Shown here: one piece after another, positions 58,001-64,000 of the stretch
Layout: each line of letters begins with the position of its first letter
Numbering within the stretch: the first letter of the stretch is position 1
NCBI GenBank assembly: GCA_039811685.1
Contig: JBDHZC010000002.1
Coordinates: 608,001-672,000, forward strand
Origin: Armatimonadota bacterium
GTDB taxonomy: Bacteria; Armatimonadota; UBA5829; DSUL01
DNA: 64,000 nucleotides
Direction: 5' to 3'
Notes under the pieces: generated by a model
What the model saw: only the letters and a program-made list of their open reading frames with translations
Told to the model about the DNA's origin: nothing
The model's database searches: none
Position numbers and translations under genes: made by a program

Positions 58001-58418
58001 TTCAAGCCGCCGCTGGATCAGCTTCCTCTGGCCGCCGAAAAGCGACAGTGGGCACAACGCCATCAGCGCCAATCGCCAGAGCGTTACAGTGCCCTCCGGC
58101 GCGTGGAGCCGGGTGCACGTTCTGGCAGCGAGCGCCTCAGAGGCAAAAAGCGCAGAGTTTACGCTGGTGTACGGGTCTTCTCCCAAGACTCAGAATGTCC
58201 GCGTCGGGAGCTGGCAGGCGCGCGGTGAGGGCGATGTGGTAGCCTACGAAGCGCCCTACACAGCGACAGAAAGTGGCGTTAAGGCCAGCCCAGCGTTCCT
58301 GTACGATGTCGTAATCAGTGTCGATCCCGCAGAAGGGCTCAGCGCTATCAAGCTGCCGCGCGACTCTGATATCAAAGTGCTAGGTATCTCGCTGGAAGCG
58401 GCTGAAGCCGCGCACTGA
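55065..58418 (+). CDS. Large secreted multidomain protein (CBM9-like, glycoside-hydrolase-like barrel, Ig-like repeats)
   Basis: Signal peptide; GYQVELAIPW; RQQLRDARRAGID and WVFVDSWNRWQDGSEI; repeated V.N.G...W Ig-like units. Confidence 0.6.
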   Translation: MTKTNHFLHFAAVCVAVIAGAGWPAVCSAKARTDTVRINTTWDANYFYASFDVNDQDIQGTTRGPNQVVGDDDAVAVYFQSDRSKGSQIGPHSFRMMVSAAGGAEWAVGDNGKWVKKDIVTFKYAVRREGTLNQDQDDDTGYQVELAIPWSEMGVKGEVGTIVGFNAAVQMKGEHTGFLSITPDIKTEADLDNPSKWQELWLRGPVQPLVVNVPGRVLCNRAVNTPTVDGRLLPSEYALKTAFELVKPAVSSARHILRDFPIENLILSSYYYDLAKAGNPAAFINKPFYGFGPWFSGERIEWHRQQLRDARRAGIDVLLGVQNVAGGPPDTATLALVGALKEMDAAGEDHPLLGVALEGLGDSSDVEALWKAISGFFNLTPPEYRAEVRLPQSRGGQTALIAFLRGGAAVSKEAVEELNKRALAAYGQRIALISAENVGGEADGFTAEIGAEGWSYSDKGWIKIASVTPGFIREGQTLPRRAGQTYGQAWGAVDGKNPDWVFVDSWNRWQDGSEIATSTEYGLLYVDATAIQTSRFNGRSEWAAKYLSSSVPSVISPSYMSLARLSVRNVGTRAWRVTDRVRLTYRWYTGGRLYSQGLVTVPVQKDVPINGISNVAIGVVAVDKDRDPLPAGDWTVVFDFTGPDGLLFSSSGDRPLAVPVKVGEPAPRAYTVLASTLPAYLMAGQVYSATVAIRNEGSETWKKAGPLNVLISAHGAQQQELSVWTASLPKDVEPGAVVEVPVILGLKDPRLLQATRPVWFQVTLAEGQRSVKADSGHAASFAALLGASDYGAKLTPPAKPLPPVTFGAPAKFQIEVANTGVQEWREQTRLVAQWYSLDGQPLLSEGGEAKLRKGIKPGENLTANAELKAPPYPGQYVVRWTPFVGSAATTTDPLGGPTDGVFTQYVTVQGPAVAALDLAQLFDSNVEIAETQGGGAFGPQGALPAEAVPPLVIPATSPSGLFPSGLYQSADGGPQYAGVSSRRWISFLWPPKSDSGHNAISANRQSVTVPSGAWSRVHVLAASASEAKSAEFTLVYGSSPKTQNVRVGSWQARGEGDVVAYEAPYTATESGVKASPAFLYDVVISVDPAEGLSAIKLPRDSDIKVLGISLEAAEAAH

Positions 58419-58592
58419 CGAGTCCCTGAGATGCGCATGGGGCACGGGGCAGGACTGAGAGCGCTGCTCTGAGTTCCCGCGTCTGCTGATACCTCCGCCA
58501 TTTTCCTCAAGAGCTGCATTGGAATGACCCGAATGCAGGGTATGTTGCTACTGAGTCAGAGAGTCTGGCGACTTGTGGCTCGTGGCACGGCA

Positions 58593-59120
58593 ATGGACTG
58601 TTTTGAAGCTCAAGAATTGTTGACGGACTACGTCTGCGGCGGGCTGACACTCACTCAGCGGCGCGCGATGGCCTACCACTTCTGCGCGTGTGAGCGGTGC
58701 AGACGGGACAAAGAGGTGGCGCGGCTACTGGTGAACTCGATGCGCGGTATCTCTGAGGAACGCCCGGTCCTGGCCGATGAAGATATCGAAGAGAGTCCGA
58801 TCGTCGCCCTTGCCAACCGCATCCTCTTTGACGCCATCAACCGCGGCGCAAGCGAAGTCCAGGTGCAGCCGCGAAAACGGGACGTGCGCGTACTGTATAG
58901 AGTAAACGGGTGGCTGCGCGAAGCGCGCACAGTGCCCAAATCACTCCAGAGCCCTCTGCTGATCCGTCTGAAGATCCTGGCCAGTCTGGATATTGCCTCA
59001 GACGTCGAAGACCAGCGCGGAGAGATCGCAGTCGTGCAGCAGGGGACTCAGTTCCGGCTTGACGTATGCGTGACGGGCGGCAAGTACGGCGAGGAGATAG
59101 TGCTGCGTCTGCGCGGCTGA
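58593..59120 (+). CDS. zf-HC2 zinc finger fused to a PilB/GspE N-terminal-like domain, no ATPase
   Basis: C..AQELL.DY..G.L..H..C.RC, then SPIV.LAN.IL.DAI.RGAS..RLKILA.LDIA..YGE.IVLRL. Confidence 0.65.
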   Translation: MDCFEAQELLTDYVCGGLTLTQRRAMAYHFCACERCRRDKEVARLLVNSMRGISEERPVLADEDIEESPIVALANRILFDAINRGASEVQVQPRKRDVRVLYRVNGWLREARTVPKSLQSPLLIRLKILASLDIASDVEDQRGEIAVVQQGTQFRLDVCVTGGKYGEEIVLRLRG

Positions 59121-59167
59121 ATCTCAGCCCGGCGCCCTGACTTCTCCAGGAGACTGACCAGAGCTCC

Positions 59168-60049
59168 CTAGTAAGCCCAGTAGTAGGGCGGTAACGAAGG
59201 CCTGAAGATCACCGGCGCATTCGGCTGCATTGTGCGGAGTCGAGGCGGCCCCCAGACTGCGGCATTTCCAGGACGGATATAGGCCGGGGAGCTGCCCGTG
59301 ACGACCGGCGGGATAAACTCGGGCTCAACCAGCGGGGCGTACGTCGCGACCAGATCCTGCTGCGCCTGGCGAAGAACGCCCATAGCTTCTTCGGGACTCA
59401 GTTGTGAGAGCATACTACTGACCTTATCATAGGCCTGAGACGGAGTGGTTACAGGCTGGTTGTCAGTAGAGTCCGCAGAGGTGGCTGCGCTGGTCTCAGT
59501 CCCGGACGCGGACGTTTGAGTAGAGCTCGCTGCCGTGGTGGACTCAAGAGGCTTGACGACAACGCTGGTGGTCGGCGCGGACGGAGAATACACCCAGTAG
59601 ACTTCACGCAGACCCAGATCAGAGGCTGAACCCCAGAGCTTTTCCGCCGCGGCCCCGGAAAGGACCGCTGTTGCGGGTCTCGAACCAGTGGGCGCGACTA
59701 CGATGCTGGCGGTATCTACGCTGTCGGCGTCAGTGACCATCCTCTGCAGCTCTGTGCGTGTGATCCCGGGAGGCGCGAGCACCTTGCGCCACCGAAGATA
59801 GGCGGCGCGTGAGACTGCATCCAGCGCATCTTCCAGCGGGAGGTTAGCCAGCGCGAGGTCAACTGTCCCGGTCACCTCTGGTGCAGCCATGATCGTGGTG
59901 TCAGATTGGCGGGCCAAAACTGACAGGGCAGTTGTCACGTCCATATTCTGCCCGGTGACACTGACAAGCGGACCCTTATCGGCAGGCTGCGCTCTGACGC
60001 CTGCGGACAGCGCCACCATCACAAGTACTGCGATCAAGTTTCTCATCAT
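59168..60049 (-). CDS. Secreted protein with an STN/secretin N-terminal-like domain and Ser/Thr-rich linker
   Basis: Signal peptide; DVTTALSVLARQS..PEVTGTVDLALANLPLEDALDAV. Confidence 0.6.
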   Translation of the reverse strand: MMRNLIAVLVMVALSAGVRAQPADKGPLVSVTGQNMDVTTALSVLARQSDTTIMAAPEVTGTVDLALANLPLEDALDAVSRAAYLRWRKVLAPPGITRTELQRMVTDADSVDTASIVVAPTGSRPATAVLSGAAAEKLWGSASDLGLREVYWVYSPSAPTTSVVVKPLESTTAASSTQTSASGTETSAATSADSTDNQPVTTPSQAYDKVSSMLSQLSPEEAMGVLRQAQQDLVATYAPLVEPEFIPPVVTGSSPAYIRPGNAAVWGPPRLRTMQPNAPVIFRPSLPPYYWAY

Positions 60050-60154
60050 ACACTCCCGATAGCCCATCCTCATCAACAAGTGTCGTCTGTTTCAATTATA
60101 CCCCTGTTCGGGCTTCTGAAGATATGTGAGAGGAGATTGTGAGCAGAGCCAAAA

Positions 60155-61339
60155 TCAGCTCTTGAAGAGCATCGGGAGAAGCTGGGTTCCGTCGTCCACA
60201 AACGTCCTGGCGTCTTCCAGCGCACGCTCGTCAAAAGGCACGGAGTTGTCGCGGTGGCGTCGAGAGTCAAACAGCAGGAAGGGAACAGGCTCCTGCGAGT
60301 GACCGCCTGTGGAGATGGGCGTGGGGTGGTCTGGCAGGATGAGGATGCGAAAATCATCGTAGCGCTTCATGCGGTGCAGAATTGTGCCAAGGACAAGCTC
60401 GTCGCACTGCTCGATCGCAAATATCTTCTTTTCGGCGTCCTTTTCATGACCGGCCTCATCCGGAGCTTCCACATGGACGAACACGAAATCCATCTCGCGC
60501 AGCTCTTCGAAGGCGTATTCTCCCTTGCCGGCGTAGTTGGTGTCCACGTAGCCTGTCGCCCCCGGTACGTCCACAACGCGCAGCCCGGATATGCGTCCAA
60601 TGCCGCGAACCAGGTCCACGGCGGCGACGACAGACCCGCGCTTGCCGTATTTGGTCAGAAAGGATGGCAAGTCCGGCACGCGCCCCTGTCCCCAGAACCA
60701 CACCATGTTGGCCACCGGAAGGCCCTCATCCCTGCGGCGCTTGTTGACAGGGTGGTTGTCCAGAAGATCTACTGAGTCCCAGATCAGAGACCGCAGCTTC
60801 TCCTCCCCGTCACCCCTGGGCAGATGCTCGCTGACAGGCTCTCCAATAAACCGGTAAGGCTCATCGCAGTGGATGTCGTCCTTTCCGTCACGCCACACCA
60901 TCAGATGCCGGTAGGAAACTCCGGGATAAAACTGAACTGTGCGGCTGCCGAGCTTTTGCGCAACGCAGTCAATGAGTGGCCGGGCCTCTTCGGTGGAGAT
61001 ATGCCCCGCAGAGGAGTTGAGAATATGCTCCCCGTCTGTGGTGATGAGGTTGCAGCGGAAAGCGACGTCGGCGCGGTCCAGCGGGATGCCGACACTCGCG
61101 GCTTCCAGCGGGCCCCTGCCGCAGTAGTACCGGGCGGGGTCGTAGCCCAGAATGGACATGTTGCACACATCCGAACCCGCATACATCCCGTCCGGATGGT
61201 TTACGGTTTTACCGACCAGCCCTTTGCTGGCCAGATCGTCCATAAACGGTGTACGCGCCACCATAAGCGGCGTCTTGCCATCCAGCTCCGGGCCTGGAAT
61301 GTCAGCCATACCATCGAAAACAAGGAGGATGTACTTCAT
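60155..61339 (-). CDS. apgM: Cofactor-independent phosphoglycerate mutase, archaeal type (ApgM; proposed homoserine kinase subfamily)
   Basis: DGMAD..GKTPL, GSDVCNMSILGYDP, VAFRCN, HVEAPDEAGH, PDHPTP. Confidence 0.88.
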   Translation of the reverse strand: MKYILLVFDGMADIPGPELDGKTPLMVARTPFMDDLASKGLVGKTVNHPDGMYAGSDVCNMSILGYDPARYYCGRGPLEAASVGIPLDRADVAFRCNLITTDGEHILNSSAGHISTEEARPLIDCVAQKLGSRTVQFYPGVSYRHLMVWRDGKDDIHCDEPYRFIGEPVSEHLPRGDGEEKLRSLIWDSVDLLDNHPVNKRRRDEGLPVANMVWFWGQGRVPDLPSFLTKYGKRGSVVAAVDLVRGIGRISGLRVVDVPGATGYVDTNYAGKGEYAFEELREMDFVFVHVEAPDEAGHEKDAEKKIFAIEQCDELVLGTILHRMKRYDDFRILILPDHPTPISTGGHSQEPVPFLLFDSRRHRDNSVPFDERALEDARTFVDDGTQLLPMLFKS

Positions 61340-61400
61340 AGTTCAGATATGCCACGCAAACGCCCGGTACGTGAGAGCGTGAGACGCAATGTACGGTCGC

Positions 61401-62330
61401 CTACTCTATGTCTCGGCCGCTCAGACGCCTGTAAGCCTCCTGGTAACGGCGGGTTGTGCCTTCAACGACCTCCTGCGGAAGGGCGGGCGCGGGCGGCTGG
61501 CGATTCCACCCCTGTTTGAGCACCCAGTCTCTCACATACTGCTTGTCGAAGGCCTCCTGCGGCCGTCCCGGCTCATACGTTCCGGCATCCCAGAAGCGCG
61601 AAGAGTCCGGCGTGAGCGCTTCGTCAATGAGGATGATCTCGCTGTTGATCGCGCCAAACTCAAACTTTGTATCGGCAAGAATCATGCCGCGCTCAGAAGC
61701 GATTTTACTGGCCCGATCATAAATCTGCAGGCTCAGCTCCTCCAGACGGCAGATGACATCTTCACCCACAATCTGGGCGGCTTCAACGCTGCTGATATTC
61801 TCATCGTGCCCTGACTCGGCTTTGGTGGCAGGTGTGAAAACCGGTTCGGGAAGCCTGTCTGACTCCCGCAGGCCCGCTGGCAACACATGGCCATGAATGG
61901 TGGCGTGGCCTCCGGCGTCCTGGTACTCCTTCCACAGACTGCCGGCAATGTAGCCCCTCACAACGCATTCGACGGGAAACGGGCGCGTCTTTTGGACCAG
62001 CATTGACCGGCCTTCAAGCATCTGGCGGCTGCTCTGGAGGTCTGTAGCGCCTGCGGACTGGATGGCGCGCAAAATCTCTTCTATATCTGCGGTGATCAGG
62101 TGGTTGTCAACGATGCCGGAAAGCTGTTCCAGCCAGAACAGCGTCATCTGCGTGAGCACGCGGCCCTTGCCCGAAATCGGAGTTGGAAAGACGACATCGA
62201 AGGCGGAGAGGCGGTCTGTCGCGACAAACAGCAGACTGTCTCCCAGATCGTAGAGATCGCGCACTTTGCCTCTGCCGGTCAGCTCAACCCCGGGAATCTG
62301 GCTGTGAAAGACTGTGGTATCAGAGCTCAT
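61401..62330 (-). CDS. purC: SAICAR synthetase
   Basis: GKVRDLY, ATDRLSAFDVV, ECVVRGY, FTPATKA, DTKFEFG, TPDSSRFW, DKQYVRDW. Confidence 0.96.
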   Translation of the reverse strand: MSSDTTVFHSQIPGVELTGRGKVRDLYDLGDSLLFVATDRLSAFDVVFPTPISGKGRVLTQMTLFWLEQLSGIVDNHLITADIEEILRAIQSAGATDLQSSRQMLEGRSMLVQKTRPFPVECVVRGYIAGSLWKEYQDAGGHATIHGHVLPAGLRESDRLPEPVFTPATKAESGHDENISSVEAAQIVGEDVICRLEELSLQIYDRASKIASERGMILADTKFEFGAINSEIILIDEALTPDSSRFWDAGTYEPGRPQEAFDKQYVRDWVLKQGWNRQPPAPALPQEVVEGTTRRYQEAYRRLSGRDIE

Positions 62331-62345
62331 GAGAGACCGGCTTAC

Positions 62346-63428
62346 CTAAAACCCCAGCAGATCGAGGATGCGGCCCTTGTCAGGCGGCAACTCCACCAGC
62401 GGATCGGCGCAGCTTACGGCGCGGTTCGGGTCTTTCAGCCCGTGCCCGGTGAGAATGCAAACGGCTGTGGCGGGTTCGGAGAAGTAGCCGGATGCGGCCG
62501 TCTTACGCAAACCTGCCACGCTGGCCGCCGAAGCTGGCTCACAGAAGACGCCTTCCAGTCTGGCCAGCATTTTGTAAGCCTCCACGATCTCCTCATCCGT
62601 AACCATATCGATCATTCCGCCAGATTCATCGCGCGCGGCCTCAGCCTGCTTCCAACTTGCAGGATTTCCGATGCGGATAGCGGTCGCGAGAGTCTCAGGG
62701 TTTTCTATCGGATGGCCTTTGACAATGGGCGCCGAGCCTGCGGCCTGAAACCCCAGCATTTTTGGACGGCGGTCAATCCGGCCCGCGTTGAAGTACTCCG
62801 TGTAGCCTTTCCAGTACGCGGTGATGTTGCCCGCGTTACCCACAGGAATGCAGTGAAAATCCGGCGGCCCATCCAGCGCGTCGCAAATCTCAAAAGCGCC
62901 GGATTTCTGCCCTTCGATACGGTAGGGATTGAGCGAGTTTACAAGCTCGATGGGATACTCATCGGTGATCTCACGCACAAGGCGCAGAGCGTCGTCGAAG
63001 TTTCCGTCAATAGCGATGACGGTGGCTCCGTGCATCAGAGACTGCGAGACCTTCCCCAGAGCGACCTCTCCCGCCGGGAGCAACACGGCGCATTTGATGC
63101 CAGCCCTGGCCGAATACGCAGCGGCAGAAGCGGCGGTGTTGCCGGTGGAGGCGCAGATGACCGCCCTGGCCCCAGCTTCGACAGCTTTGGAGATGGCCAT
63201 TGTCATACCGCGGTCTTTGAAGGAACCCGTGGGGTTGAGCCCCTCATACTTCAGATAAATCTTCAGTTTAGAGTCAATTGCCGCAGCCAGCGCCGGTGCG
63301 GGAATGAGAGGCGTGTCTCCCTCAAAGAGGGTAATGACGGGTGTGGCGTCCGTCACCGGCATCCACTGCCGGTATCTCTGTATAATTCCTGAGCGCCGCA
63401 TTGCGGCCTCTGTGGCGACAGCCTCCAT
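62346..63428 (-). CDS. thrC: Threonine synthase
   Basis: EGDTPL, EGLNPTGSFKDRG, CASTGNT, PVGNAGN, EPASAA, TGHGLKDP. Confidence 0.95.
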   Translation of the reverse strand: MEAVATEAAMRRSGIIQRYRQWMPVTDATPVITLFEGDTPLIPAPALAAAIDSKLKIYLKYEGLNPTGSFKDRGMTMAISKAVEAGARAVICASTGNTAASAAAYSARAGIKCAVLLPAGEVALGKVSQSLMHGATVIAIDGNFDDALRLVREITDEYPIELVNSLNPYRIEGQKSGAFEICDALDGPPDFHCIPVGNAGNITAYWKGYTEYFNAGRIDRRPKMLGFQAAGSAPIVKGHPIENPETLATAIRIGNPASWKQAEAARDESGGMIDMVTDEEIVEAYKMLARLEGVFCEPASAASVAGLRKTAASGYFSEPATAVCILTGHGLKDPNRAVSCADPLVELPPDKGRILDLLGF

Positions 63429-63433
63429 CTCAG

Positions 63434-64000
63434 CTACTCCTCAACTCGTATGACCGAACAGATCTCGTCAACATCGTCCAACTGACGGATGCGCTCCAGC
63501 GCTTCCTGAATGTCGCGCTCTTTGACTTCGTGTGTCAGAAAGACAAGCTCCGCCACACCGTCTTCCGCCGTCTTTTGCACCATCGAAGCGATGGAAACAT
63601 CGCAGTCTCCAAACTGGGTGGCGATGGCGGCCAGAACGCCCGGGTGGTCTTCAACCCGCATGCGCGCATAGTAGCGGCAGACGATATCGCCCGTAGCCTG
63701 CACAGGCAGATCGCGGAACTCAAGGGTCTTGAGCCGTCCGTTTGATCCAGAGACAATATTGCGGCTGACTTCGACAATATCTCCGACGACGGCGCTGCCC
63801 GCGGCCATGCCGCCCGCTCCCGGCCCGTAAACCATTATGTCTCCGACAGCGTCTCCCGTGACAAATATGGCATTATTCACACCGGAAACAGAGGCTATCG
63901 GGTGTGAAAGCGGCACCAGAGCCGGATGGACCCGCGCCTCAATGCCGTCCGGAGTGCGCTTGGCGACAGCGAGCAGTTTGATGTTGTACCCAAGGTCTCG
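63434..64000 (-). CDS. hom: Homoserine dehydrogenase, C-terminal part with ACT domain (cut by the window edge)
   Basis: LGYNIKLLA..RVHPALVP..HPIASV..NAIFV.GDAVG..YGPGAG..SAVVGD, then ACT domain D.PGVLA. Confidence 0.92.
   Translation of the reverse strand, partial: RDLGYNIKLLAVAKRTPDGIEARVHPALVPLSHPIASVSGVNNAIFVTGDAVGDIMVYGPGAGGMAAGSAVVGDIVEVSRNIVSGSNGRLKTLEFRDLPVQATGDIVCRYYARMRVEDHPGVLAAIATQFGDCDVSIASMVQKTAEDGVAELVFLTHEVKERDIQEALERIRQLDDVDEICSVIRVEE

Overview
GC-rich bacterial chromosome segment (the stand-alone LuxR protein and several secreted proteins are reminiscent of Armatimonadota; tentative). Housekeeping and carbohydrate genes fill 0-25.6 kb and 52.6-64 kb (polysaccharide export, GH13, two Fur, ROK, SdpR/SdpI, M10 protease, two-component pair, pcrA, nrfH, rsmG, mazG; Lrp-aminotransferase, apgM-purC-thrC-hom). 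They surround a defence/accessory region at 25.7-52.4 kb. That region holds a SauUSI-like PLD-helicase-DUF3427 gene and a 15.7 kb block bounded by 80-bp imperfect direct repeats. The block contains a complete type I-C CRISPR-Cas locus (19 identical 37-bp repeats, divergent Cas5/8/7, probable internal Cas11) and an unrecognised five-gene operon (hypothetical, two BrxD/DUF2791-like proteins, hypothetical, SNF2 ATPase-Mrr nuclease). Further on are arsR-arsM, a 31-aa repeat protein behind tRNA-fMet, and a WYL regulator gene followed directly by a solitary degenerate CRISPR repeat that shares a 14-bp motif with the array leader. Top leads: the five-gene candidate defence system, the WYL-linked crRNA-like unit 21 kb from the array, the direct-repeat-bounded island with no integrase, and a structured ncRNA/sORF candidate at 14.4-14.7 kb. 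All calls come from reading motifs by eye; no database searches were run.
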